Shown here in pieces: positions 23,034-35,670 of a stretch of DNA of 64,000 bases. The DNA comes from Marsupella aquatica. Lineage: Eukaryota; Plantae; Marchantiophyta. The DNA lies in the NCBI GenBank assembly GCA_973895155.1, contig OZ316895.1, forward strand, positions 24,078,281 to 24,142,280. The letters are read 5' to 3'. The notes under the pieces were generated by a model, which ran no database searches, was not told the DNA's origin, and saw only the letters and a list, made by a program, of their open reading frames with translations. Within the stretch, counting starts at the first letter, position 1; each line of letters opens with the position of its first letter. The position numbers and the translations under genes were made by a program.

Positions 23034-24594
23034 CTGCAATCAGAAGGGAGAAACAAAACCGAATCAATGACATGTAGAAATACCATTCGCTCAGGCGTGA
23101 AGAAGCTAAAGCCCCTCTTGTTGAGAACTCGCATGTTCACCGCTGCTGTCAAACCTGAGGGAGCTATCCACTTCGAACGTCTCACTCCTACAACCCTTAA
23201 GCAGCTATCTAATCCAATTCGAAGGTCTGCTTTCGAAAGTTGTCGAACCTGCATCTAGTTCCAAGATTTGCTTCCCATGATTACTTGTTGTCAAAGCAAG
23301 GCCCTCTAATCTCGTAGTTTACTCTTCATCCCAGGCAACCTCCTGGAGTTGAGGCGGTCTCATTCAATAGTCCTCGTACCGGAGCCACAAAGTCGAGAAC
23401 TCTAAATTCTACTGTAATTGTCATCTGCCGACTATTTACCGTGGCTGAAGCCTCTTGACAGCTACTTAAAACATAACTACTGCTGCGGGCGACAGCATCA
23501 TGAACGAAATCGCGCTCATCACCGAGAAGGTAAAGTACAGAATGGAATAATCAAGCAGACACTGACGCAGCGTGATGATTACGGGAAACACAAGTTTACA
23601 ACAGTCACAGTACCTGATTAACAGACAACATTTTCGCGAGTTGTTTACTGCTCCTCGTGTGCCGAAAGAAAGGCCTGCTGATTGTTTTTACCGACAAGAT
23701 CTCAGAAACAGTTCAACTGCAGATCGAGAACTCGTACAAATGGAAGGCGTCCTCCCTCCCCACAGCGGTTCCTCCGAGACTGGACCACGGCCCAAAACAC
23801 TCGAACGCACGGCACGTTGGATACCGCTTATGATTACACTACTAGTGCACTGTACACTGGCGAACACACAACTCCAACTATAAACGCAACAACGCCAGGG
23901 CCAGAAATCTACAATGATCAGCAAACGGTCTACAGGACAGTACGTCGGAACTAATGTCAGAAGCAAACGATGGCACTCAATGCTTGACGAACATGTCCGT
24001 TGCAGACACAGCTAAATTCTCTCGGGGAACGCAGTGAAAACACCGCTTTACAGACTGATCTCCCAGAGCTTGCCTTTGTTCCAGAGAGGCAGGCGGTGAA
24101 GCACCGCACACTTTAATGTCTCTCGGGAAACGTACTCCACACTTTACAGAGTTACAGACTGTGCCAGGCACCGAATTCTCCTCGAGAAATGTACTGTCAA
24201 TTGAGCTTCCAGATTGCCAGACACCGCCGCATCCCAGACGGATCAAGCCTACGCTACGAGCATGGAATCACCGGATATGGAGCACGAGGAGGCAGAGCAA
24301 ACAGAGGAAAGGACATGGAGGGAGACGATGGAAAGCAGAGGAGGGACAGGGGAGAAACAGAGGAGAGAAACAGAGGAGACAGAATCGTTCGGCTGTAAAC
24401 AACGGTGAAATCATGCACTGAAGCTGAAACGCCGTATTCCGGATCCCGGCCTTATACGACTAAGACGGCGCCGGGAAAGCAGGAGGCAGAGAAAAAGCTG
24501 CCAGCCCGATCAATTACCACTAAAATATATTTAACGGTCGGATCTCTCCGGAGAAACGAGTGCCTCCCACTATCCGTTCGATGGGGCTGGGAAT

Positions 24595-24810
24595 AGTTGA
24601 ATATATAATGCGGTAAAATACTGGCCGTGAGTTTGCGGTCGTCAACCTGACGTCAAGCTCGGTGGGCCTTTCGGCCTTTCCCGGTGATGGTACCGCGTTA
24701 CGTGAGCACGTGTACCAAGGAGATCCATGCCGACTGGCGCAAAGCCATGGATAGATATCCACGTGTAATGTGGAGATAATTACGTTGATATGGACGTCGT
24801 CACGTTCCGA
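24595..24810 (-). promoter_or_regulatory. Likely promoter of the HPP gene: TATA-like element plus ACGT-core cluster
   Basis: TTATATAT on the minus strand at ~24601-24609, upstream of a CT-rich leader. TGACGTCA at ~24648, CACGTG at ~24707 and ~24760, and further ACGT cores to 24807. Confidence 0.45.
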
Positions 24811-27800
24811 TGGAGATTGACGACCAGATTGACGGCTTTGTAGTTAGTGGATAACCGTGGTCGGCTACTGGGGTTCAATTCAGAGTTTGTGGTGGTGGTC
24901 TGGTGGGGTCGGTGGGGTGGAGTGGAGTGCAGGAGTGGAGTAAAGTAGTGGAGAGGTGGTGGTGCCATACTTGCTTATCTTGCTGCTTACGTTGATACTT
25001 GATGTGGAGTCCTCAATTATTTTCATGGGTTTTTTTTCATCCAAAATGATGCTACTAAAGTGGGGACTCTGGAAACCGAAGCATGATAAGATTTGACTGA
25101 TAAGAGTGATGAATCATCTGGAAACATTATAGTATTTGAGTAATTTTAAGCGAAGTGAGGGTTCTAGAAAATAGTGCTGTCTGTCAATCTGTGTGGGAGG
25201 AGAAGCAAAAGATTACAAGGCAAAATTGCTGGGAAGATAGCTGGATGAAGTGAACTGTTCCCTGTGAGAACCTAGGGTGAGCAGGAGAAATGGCCAGGCA
25301 AAGTAAAAAGTCTAAAAAAACAAGGATGTGCATCTTGCACCATAAATAACAAATGATGGCCCACTTTTCACTTGGCTTTCCCCAGACTAACATACCTTTT
25401 TGGGTGTCAAAAAAATTTGATCCAGGCATCAGAGTCTGGATCAGAGTTCTAAGGTCAAAGAGCCTGTGTTCCTCTCAATTCCAATCCGACTAACTGAGGT
25501 CGGACCCCGCCCGCTGCCCAGGCCTTCTTGTTTGGGTTCGGCCTCTTGCCTCAAGACAAAGTGTGTGTGTGCCCAAGGATGAACCTTGTGAAAACTTGAA
25601 AGGGAAGAGTTTCTTGCATGCCCAATGCATCATTTGCATGAATCACTGAAAGGAATGCAAGATTTCAACATTTCATGGAAAAACATGGATTCTTCATGAT
25701 TATGCATTAGTCGTTGAGACAGACATGCCACAGGTAGCAACTCATCTTGTCTATGTAGGTGTTTTCATTGACCAGGGACCACTTTCATCCCACGTGTTTG
25801 TGTTGAATGTCCCATGCACAAGAAAATTGTCCATGCTTATGAGTTAACCTGTCCAAACTAACCCAAGCATGGCCAAGAGGCCTTCCATTGTCAGAGTGAC
25901 TTACTTACATATTTTGTTTGTTTCCAACACAATTTCTTGCATATTGCAACTGAAATAGGGAATTCATGTGAGACCAAAAATGCTTGATTGATTTGCTTAT
26001 GTTGCAAATGTGCCCAGTTCAGTGAGTGTCATGTTGATTGTAACCTAAGGTTATCAACCAGTGGGCGCCTAGTGTCTGCTGTCTAGGGTTGTACTATGGT
26101 TTGTTTCCTCTCCAATTTGTTGCCCTGGATTTCTGACCTTGCAACTTCTTGGCTTATCCTGGGCCCCTCCACCTCCCCTGCCCCACTCCAACACACAACT
26201 CGCATCAAACAAAGTCACAAATCACAATACCAAGTGAACCAAAACTATGGCAACTGTATATTGTGGAGTTTGCCCTTTTGCACCAAGAGGTTCAACCAAA
26301 AGTATTTATTCCTCTGTTCTAAAAGTATTTCTTCCTCTGTTCCATTGTGTTTAAACCACTAGTTCCACACGTAAAGTAGTCCGGGTAATCAGTTATACTC
26401 ATTTCACATAGAAGAAAATCGTGTATATGAAAGAACACATGGTATTTTCTGGATTTTTTTAAGTATCAGTGTAATCTCACTTATACTAATGATGAATAAT
26501 GGTATTTAAATTGCATTTAAATTTTGTTCAGTTTCTTCAGAAATCATCAAAACAAGTTCTCAGGATAGAGGGTGCTATGATGGGAAGTGAGTAGGAGATC
26601 CGGCATGGCAGGCCCCTAGACAATGAACAGTGGCAGGTTAAGGCAGGGCCCCCTTTATAGTGGCAGCTGTGGGTTAAACGAGTGGGATGGAACGCCTACG
26701 GAAGAGTTTAGATGGCACAGCTGACATAGAAGTTAGGAAGGACAAAACCCTCCACTTTTTCTCCATCTTTTCTAACCACGAATGTAGCTGTTCTTGCTTC
26801 ACTCCCAAGAGTACATTTGCTAGGTAATTAGAAAAATAATAACAAAAACGTGAAGTTGCCACCTTTCTGTGGATCGTTACAATCTACGAACCACATGAGC
26901 CACTTAGTGAAGTTCCCAAGATACTGAACATGTCAAGATAGCCACCAGCAAATCTATGGCCAATCGAGTTTGGCAATTGAGCCCACCAGCCCGTACTCCA
27001 AGGTTAATCATTGCCCCACTCTTTACTCCTTTGTGGTCCTCAAAACTGAACTCGGACAAAGAATCAAACTGCTAAAGAGCATGAGCTCATGGGGTTGGCA
27101 CTTTTTGACAAAAATCTTGTACACTATAGTTTGAGGTCGAAGTTTACGAGTCATGACCTACACTTAGAGTGAAGCCATAGGCCATAATTGTTTGTTTTTG
27201 GTAGTAGTCAAATTTGATATGTAGACTGCTTGTTAGTTTGGGATGGACATGGGAGTGTGCATGTGGGGAGCCCTTCCTGTGCATAGTATTCAGGCTAGTC
27301 CTAACAAAAATTATTTCATACCTCTGAAGGACAGCTCGTGTGGGTTATGTTGTAAATTACCTTCCTGGCATTTCTTTCACAAATAAAATAAACTTATGGC
27401 CTTTTTTATCCAAATTCATGAAAGTAGTTTCAAATCAACACTAAATGTTGTTAGTTCAACATGCATGGTCTGTAATTCGATAGAGTTTTGCATTGTACAG
27501 CCACAAAACAGTTTACGATGGCAGTCAAAAGAACAAATCAGAGAACAAATCACAAAACTGGAAGTGAAATCTGGCCCCAAACTAGGCATTCTGATAACTG
27601 CACGTAAAATAGCATCAGCCTAAGATGTACCTGGCTCCATGTAAGAAACCAGACTCAATAATATAAAAGAACAACTTGGTTTATCGTGACATGGAAATTC
27701 CTTCCAATGTGTGGGCCGATGTCATATGGCACGAAACATTGCAGGCTGCAACTATTTGATGTGCAATTACCAAAACACCTAAACTAAGCAACGTCATCCA

Positions 27801-28962
27801 CCTACCATCCAGTTAGTGGGTTAGGTATTCAGGTGTCCCAAATGAAGCATGCCAAGTTGCAAGCACATACCGGACGAAAGAAGAAGGAAAACCAAGCAGA
27901 AAGAACATTGGCGGGACATCCTACAAGACCTCTCTATTCAAGATTCAGCCTCGTTCTAGACTAAGAACAATTGAGTTCCTTATTATTAGTTTCTCACTTG
28001 ACCTGTGCCACGAGTAACCTTGGCATGCTATTGTCAGGGCTATGGTTGCTGCTTTTTGCTTTGATGGGCAAGTGTCCCCGTACCATGGGTTCCAGCAGAT
28101 GGAGTGGCAGTTGGCGACTTCTGCCTGGGGGAGGTACTCTTTCAGGGTTGTTGTGTCTCTACATTTTGTGGTCTATTCTCAGCCTCACGCTGTCCATTTG
28201 GCCTGTTGTGTGTTTGGCTTGGCTTGGCCCCTTTCATTGTTTTGGGCTGGTTGTTTTCTTTTAGCCTTTCTATAAACAACTTTTAAGTACATTGCCACTC
28301 AAGATGTTTAAATTTACAATACTTTTTTTCCTATTTACAAAAATACCACAATTTCCATATATAGTTCCCCTGGTTACCTTGGTAAACTTCTCATCCATAT
28401 ATGAAATCGTGACATTTTTTTAAATACAAAAAAACAGTGACAGTATTATCAATTAGAATGTCTTTAGTGGCAAAGTACTTAATTGCTGTCTCTGTAAATG
28501 TGAAGCCCTCCCCCCCCCCCCCCCCCCACCCATAACCCCCTCTCCAGCCTGGCCAGGGTGTTCCAAGTTTCATAATCCCCAGCAAGCCCTGCCAAGTCTC
28601 AAAAAATTTTAATCTTATGTGAAAAATGGAAGAGTGCAACGGTAACGCTTGCTAACCCATGGCCTGGAGAGGCGTATTGACATGTGAACACCCCCTCACT
28701 CCCTAAAGTCACACTTGTTTCAATGTGGTGCAATGTAAATTGGTGCCAATAATTGGAAAACTTTTTTGTTAAAAGTTGTGTTGCCCTTGGATTCACAAGG
28801 TAGTGAGGGCTCTAGAGGGACAATAGTTTCTTCCTTCTTTCCTTCTGTTCATGCGGCATTTGTCCGGGTTCACAGGGAGAAACAATGGAAAAAGAAACAA
28901 TGGGAAAGAGTTCTCATAGAAGCACTCCGGTCAAACAGGAGCTCCTGGGCACAAGTGCAACC

Positions 28963-29498
28963 TGTCGTGACATATAGTATCGTAGCCATAGTGTATCGAA
29001 AATATACAAGTCACCGGCAAGGCATATGTGCAAGCTGCTAGCAACCAACATGCATAGAAAAAGTCCAATCACATTCACAAGTGCCAAGAAAAATCAAATG
29101 AAGTGGTATGTACGTAGTGGAGGTGTAAATCTCTATATATATAAAAGGGGTGATAGAAACAAGTGTACTGAAATCGAATCGAAAACCGGCGGGATGCCAA
29201 GATCGGTCGGGAGCATCTAACGAATCACTATGTGAATCCCGTGTACGGAACCGACGAGCACTGTCTGAGCTCTGTCGACAGCGATTCAAGAAGAACTGAA
29301 AACCCACAAAGAAAGACATGCCCTAAGTAAACAAAGTCCTGGCATCACACTAACAAGTGCGTTTGCTTCAAGAACGCCTGGCATTTGCTATAAGAACATG
29401 TCGCTAACTCAAGTCGTACACTAGCCCTAACTACATACCTAGCGGGCATGCGAGGGACATGCCGATGTGCATAAGAGGCACTATCCCTCGGCATGACA
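28963..29498 (-). repeat. Complete 536-bp LTR of the Gypsy element (plus partial tandem copy at 29501-29676)
   Basis: Minus-strand termini TGTCATG...CACGACA. 29501-29676 repeats 28963-29138 with ~5 mismatches. A G7 PPT-like run lies on the minus strand at 29677-29683. Confidence 0.8.
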
Positions 29499-32400
29499 GC
29501 TGTCGTGACATATAGTATCGTAGCCATAGTGTATCGAAAACATACAAGTCACCGGCAAGGCATATGTGCAAGCTACTAGCAACCAACATGCATAGAAAAA
29601 GTCCAATCACATTCACAAGTGCCAAGAAAAAGCAAATGAAGTGGTATGTACGTAGTGGAGGTGTAAACCTCTGTATCCCCCCCAAACCACAGCCAAAAGG
29701 AGGGCTGAAGAAAATTCAGGTAGCACGTGGAGCACAGGAAGGGCAAAACCATAACCCTTCTGGCACCTGGGTAAGTTCAAGCCGAAGGCAGAAAAGATGG
29801 TACCCTCCATTGCAATTGTCACACAGCAGCATCTAGTCAGCATCATCAATTCGCAAACACACTTTGCAAGGGTAGTCCACAGGTGGAATCCAGGTAGAAG
29901 TCAGAATGGTGGGATCCAGGTTAGGCAGATGACAAGGGGCGCAATTCTTGGCATTGTCAGCAATTGTGCGCCCATCTGCCCCTTGTAACTCTAGCACTCC
30001 AGACGGTCGAATAGCTTTAACCCTGAGAATAGTACGACTGGTAGAGGTGTCCAGGGTGTTGTTAGCTTGTCGTTGCAAGTACACAAAATCTCCCACATCA
30101 AACTTCCTGACCTTGGACTGAAAAGTGCCCCCTCGTGTGTGTGCATAACGCAGTGTGTCCCTATGCTGTGCAATGGCCAAATTCTCCATGGCCATGGGCA
30201 TAACCCTCCTGAATAGGGCAGCCCTCTTAGAGATCACATCAGACCAAGTCACGCTGAATCCAAGTCCACCACCTGAAGCATGTGAGCAGCAATAGCAGAA
30301 GGTGGAACTGGGTGACGACCAAACAACAAGAAGTAGGGAGAAAAGTTAGATAGTGATGCATGTCTGGACATCCTATACCCCATGGCAATGTAGGGTAAGG
30401 CCAGGTCCCAATTCTCCTTGTTTTTGGTGAGGCAGATCTTTCGGAGACCCTTCTTGCATGTCTGAACCATGCGCTCTGCCAAGCCATCTGCTTGTTGGTG
30501 ATCTCGTGACGTTTGGCGATGATCAATGAGGGCCTGATCAAGCAGCTCCTGGAACTCTCCTCTGAACTCTGATCCCTGGTCGGTGAGACATTCTACACAA
30601 GCTCCAAAGCGACTGAGAACTTGTTGCAAGAATGCCTGGCTGGTGCTACGGGAGGTCTTATCCGGCAATGCCACAAGTTCTATCCACTTGGAGAAATGCT
30701 CTATCATGATCATGATGTAGAGATTACCCCGAGATGTGAGGGGTAATTCTCCAGCCAAATCACATGATCAACGATAAACATGCCCTGAATAGGGAGTGGA
30801 TGAAGTGTGGGTTGCCGAGATGTGAAAGAAGTCCTTACCCTATCACACTACTCACACCGGGCAATAACATCTTGAACCTGGCCATGCATGCCTCTCCAAT
30901 GATAATGGGGGACCAAGAGGCTATAAGTCCTCTTAACACCAAAATGACCAAGCTCAGAATGTACCTTACGGATAAGGCCAACCCTCTCATGAATGGGTGG
31001 AACCACCACTTCCCTGTCTGGCAGGCAGCGCACAAGATGATCTCCCTTCCACAAGTAGCGCTTGGACCTTTGTTGAATTCGGTCTCTCTAGGCAGCAGTA
31101 ACATGGGTGGGGTACTCCCCATGCTGCAGAAATCTCAGAGTGTCGTTGTCCTCCCATATGTCCATCATAGGTTGGTCAACAATGTAGCATGGCAGCAAAG
31201 CAAGATAGGTAGATGCATGAAATGTAGGCAGGATGGAAACCTGGTCAAAATCCTGCCGTGCATCTGAGGAATCATCAGAGGTAATCAAAGGGCTACGGGA
31301 CATAGTGTTAGCATTCTAATGTGTCACACCAGGCCTATGAATTACCTCAAAGGCATACTCCTGGAGTATGAGCGCCCAACGAGCAAGCTTGCCAGTAAGC
31401 TTGTCATTGGTCATCAACCACTTCAAGGGCTGGTGGTCGGTGTAGAGGACAAACCTGGTCCCATAGAGGTAGGGCCTGTAATGTATGACAGCCCACACAA
31501 CACAAGGCATTCACCCTCATACGAAGAATAATGACTCTCTGCCTGATTGTTGCTCCTGGATGCATAGGCAATGACGTACTCTTTACCTTCTTCATCATGC
31601 TGGCCCAGAATGGCACCGATCCCAAGGGCACTCCAATCTGTGTGTAGCACAAAGACCTTGCTGAAATCAGGTCTTCTCAGCACCGGGTATTCTGAGAGCT
31701 TCTCCTTCAAAGTGGCAAATGCTACTCAGCATCTGTACTCCATGTCCAAGTCACATTCTTTTTCAACAAAACATACAATGGGTGTGCAATGGTGCTGAAA
31801 TCTTTGATGTAGATCCGGTAGTAATTGCACAACCCAATAAAACTCCTCAAAGTGTGAACATCGGTAGGAGTGGGCATTTCCAAGATGGATACCACCTTGG
31901 CCTAGTGAGCCATGGTTCCATGCTGTCAAATAGCTCCTCTGGCCGTGGCATGGGGTACTTGTCCTGGGGTGTGGCCAGGTTCAGTGGCCTGTAGTCCCCA
32001 CACATGCACTTCTCTGTCCATAATCCACTGGAATCCTTCTTTGCTGGCATCATTGTAGCTGCTGCAAAATCTGATGTAGATGGCTGAATAAGACCAGCTT
32101 CATAGAGCTCTTGGCACCTCTCATCCACCAGCTGCCACTCATGCTTACTCAAACGGTGCCTCCGCCTGAAGATAGGTGTTTCATCAGCCAACTCAATGGA
32201 GAACTGCATAGTCTTGCACTTACCCAAGTCCTTCATAGAGAAAGCAGACACGTTCTCATGCTTGAGGAGCAAATTCAGCAGCTGGTCCTTCTGTCTTTTA
32301 CTCAGGTGGTTGCCCATGATGAATGTGTAGTTGGCAACACTAGGAATAGGACCTGATGTACTCATGCTTGAAGAGCTAGAAGTGCCAGCCTCTCCACTAT

Positions 32401-33060
32401 CCAAGCTACTAACATGTTGCTGATAAGGTGATGAGGCCGCCTCTCCAAGGCCTGTTGTACCTGCTGATCTGAGTTGGTCCATACCATGAAACTCATAAAT
32501 ACTGTCAGCCACGTTACAAGGGACCTCCTCCCCCCCCCCCCCAACACTTGGACTGAAGCGGTGAGTGTTGAATAGCGGTAAGTGCACCTGGTCCGGATGC
32601 CATGTAGCAGCACCATGGAGTGGGAGAGCTGGAACTCCAGATGCTGGATGAATGTACATCTGAAAAAGGATGCAAGTGACCAGAAGCCAAGTGAGAGCAT
32701 TAAGATCCATTACCCTGCCAAGTAAAGCATTCCTGGCCAGCCTAGTGATCTTGGGGTGACTTGTAGTACCGGATTGGAAGCCCATAGCCCGTTCTCTCTC
32801 CTCAGGACTAGGTTCATCCCATGTACCGGTAGAATGTCGATAAACCAGGCCAGGATCATCACCCTGAAAGGCATGTGCATCTGGAAAGGATACAAATGTA
32901 GGCCAAGCAACACGGGGCTGTCCAATGGTATTGGCTGGATACCAAGGTGTTGACTCTTGCCGTGTAACTGGTTGGCAAGAACTGTCAGGATCCAAAATCT
33001 GGTCCACTATGAGGGTAGTGTCCCTGGATGTGTGGTGAAGAGCTAACTTGAGAAGCGCTT
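28963..33060 (-). mobile_element. 5'-truncated, degenerate Ty3/Gypsy LTR retrotransposon: C5-MTase-like fragment, RT (internally deleted), RNase H, integrase, PHD finger, 3' LTR
   Basis: RT start (CGDYRPLN..TPQDKYPMP), RNase H (LHTDWS..GIGAIL, YTDHQPL) and integrase (H..LGHFG, IEHFSKW, LTDQGSEF, DGLAERM) lie in Gypsy order on the minus strand. Stops and frameshifts are present, the YxDD region is deleted near 31920, and gag/protease/5' LTR are absent. Confidence 0.93.
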
Positions 33061-35305
33061 GATTAATCGAAGAGGCAACAGAAAAGCTTGCTGTAAAGTA
33101 TCAGTCTTAAGGTGGATAACAAGGTTGATGTTGGAGGATGCGAAAGTCGAAAGATCTTGGGGTTCTTGTTTTATGTATATCTCCTGAACTTGCATTGTTG
33201 TTGGAAAGGCAGTAGGTATTCTAACGACGCTGGAAGTGTTTGTTTTTACAGGAGTACGTGTACCACATGCTACTCTTCAGGCTGTTTCCGCTGCTATGTT
33301 GTTTTAAATGTTTGAATCTGTTTCCCATCACAATTTTACTTTACGTGCTGGAAGTGTCTGACGAAATGCTGCTCATGCCCTTAAAAAAACGCCCAATTGC
33401 TCTTTTCTGATGAATTGAGAAGATCGGCTGAGTCATGACGTCTTAAGGTTTCAACAGGCAACTTTGTAGCTCGACAATAGTTCGTGAGTTTGCGTATCAT
33501 CCCTCAAAATCTCTTTTTTAAGGGACAGGAAACTGCTTGAACGGTAGGAATCAATGGTAAATTACTTAGAGAGTGATTTGAATGAATTGAGGGAGATCAC
33601 CTCCCAACTGACCCTGCATTCTGGTTATTAGAATTTACGGCTATGGCTGGTACTTCACACTTTTTCAGAAGTTTCTGTTCTTGGGGTAGATGGCATTATA
33701 TGGCTTCAAACCCACACACGTACTGAATCCTTGGAGGACATACGTGAAGTTGTCTGCTCTTTTGATGGGATCTCAAGGACTGACTAAATGGTCAGTCATG
33801 TGCCTCAACTATCCATCTCAACTCTTGTTCAAATCAACCAAGGTTGCGACTCTCTCTGAAGCATTTTTCTGTTCCAAGGAACTTGCATGCTACGCATTCT
33901 TACCTTGACACGTTTACCATCTTGCACTTTCCCCAAATAGGCATCCGTGGACTTTCAATTCTATGCATTCATTCGTTGCCTCCCTCTCTCTGTCTCTCCC
34001 CCACGAAGAAATCTATTCTACTATGGCCAAGTCGTTGCAACTCTCTTGGAAGAAAGAGAGGACAGGGACTTTTCTCTCAAGCCTAAACCGTGGAACGGAC
34101 AACCAATTCAGCATTTTTCTCTTGTAATTTTTCTTTGCCTGCCTCATTGGTGCTTCTCGGCCTCAGAGATTTGCTAGTGTTCAGAACCGGGACTTGCAGA
34201 ATTTTGTTTTCAATTGTCTGTCGCATGGCCACTTCTGGCTGTACTGATTGAGTTTAGTTTGTGTAAATCAAGCATTTAGGACAAGAATTTGCTTAATTTC
34301 TGAAACCAAGTTATTCTCTTGATTAGGTGCTGTCTGTGATGGTGATTAGCATTCATTCCTGGTCTTTGAAGGAAGTATCCACTCCATGAGTACGTCTTAG
34401 TCATAATGCTGGTCATAGGTCTGGGTGTTTTCACACTCACAGATGCAAATACACCTTCAAACTTCACTCAACGTGGCAGGTGTGGTCAAAATTTGTGAGG
34501 CATTTGTTCTTGACTCGTTTATGGACAATCTTTACCCTGAACCCTGCTACTTCCAGGTTTCTTTCACCCCACGTCCTTGTCATTAGATTCCTGTGCACAT
34601 ATCTTGGCTTTTCCCATTTTCCTGGATTTACCACCTTGTTCATTAATAAACTTTTCCTATCATGTGATCCTATGCCAATGTGGCTGCTTGTGGTAATATC
34701 TTTGGTCTGCCGTGGACTTGCAGACGGAAATGTTGTTTTGCTCCCCTCTGATTGGATTCCCTGTCCTCGTCCCACCAATATCCTCACCGGGGAAGTCTTG
34801 ACGGCGTGGACAGCACATGCAAATGTTTAGGGGCGACATTTAACAGAACCTTTAGTCGAGGTGAAGGCAGGTCATGAAGTGTAGGCTGCCAAGAGGCCGA
34901 AAACTCCACATTCTGTGCAATAGATATGTCTCCATAGCAGGCGGCAAATTATTCTTTCATATGGTTGCGACAATACGCTCCAAAACATTCTGGCTCGTTC
35001 ACAACTGCAACACCTCAGTGAAAGCCAATAAGGTGCTTATTACCAATGCTGCACGTCAAGCAATGGGCAATAAATGTGAAATGGAGTATTTCCTTTGACT
35101 ATAATTTTACATCACCTCGAGAGGTGGGTCCAATTTTTGGCCCTTTCACTCGAGGGATTTGCATTTGTTGGGCTTGATTCTAAATTAGCTCATTCAAAGT
35201 AGTTTTGGTATGGAGTCTATTTTTAGAACGAGAAGTGGCTCTCCGGTGTGCTTCGGTGAAAAAAGCCAGAAGTGCCAAACACCTTTTTTAGTAGGACATC
35301 AAACA

Positions 35306-35670
35306 CACTTGAACCCATGAATCCATAAATGCGCCTGCAGCTCAGTGGTAATGCAATACGATGTACACGGGAGTCCCAAGGTTCATTTCCCAGTACTACG
35401 ATGTACATGGGAGGTCCTAAGGTTCAACTCATAGCCCATCCATGCTGCTAAAAGTTCCAACATGGTATCATAGCCAAAAATGAGTAATCTCTCTGGAAGC
35501 CCGGGTGGCTCAAGGTAGGGTCTTGGAAATGAACCACACTTAAACCCATGAAAGTGCAGGCATAAATGAGCCTGTACCAGTAGTAGAGCACCATCCTGGA
35601 CAAGGGAGGTCTATCCTGGACAAGGGAGGTCCAAGGTTCAGTTCCTAGCCGGTCCATGCTCTTGAAAGTT
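35306..35670 (+). repeat. Two degenerate tRNA-like units (tRNA pseudogenes or SINE heads) with shared 5' flank
   Basis: A-box-like AGCTCAGTGGTA (35339) and CAGTAGTAGAGCA (35578). B-box-like GGTTCAACTC and GGTTCAGTTCC. Both units are preceded by CACTT.AACCCATGAA..CATAAATG and followed by TCCATGCT. Confidence 0.5.

Noticed and set aside
32548-32558. TTGGACTGAAG matching the 5' end of miR319
   Set aside because: The match stops after 11 nt, lies in retrotransposon coding sequence, and has no hairpin.
33060-35100. Sequence upstream of the Gypsy MTase-like fragment as the missing gag/protease/MTase N-terminus
   Set aside because: No PC, ENV, FxG, protease or zinc-knuckle motif was seen in the frames read. 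It appears to be unrelated decayed DNA.
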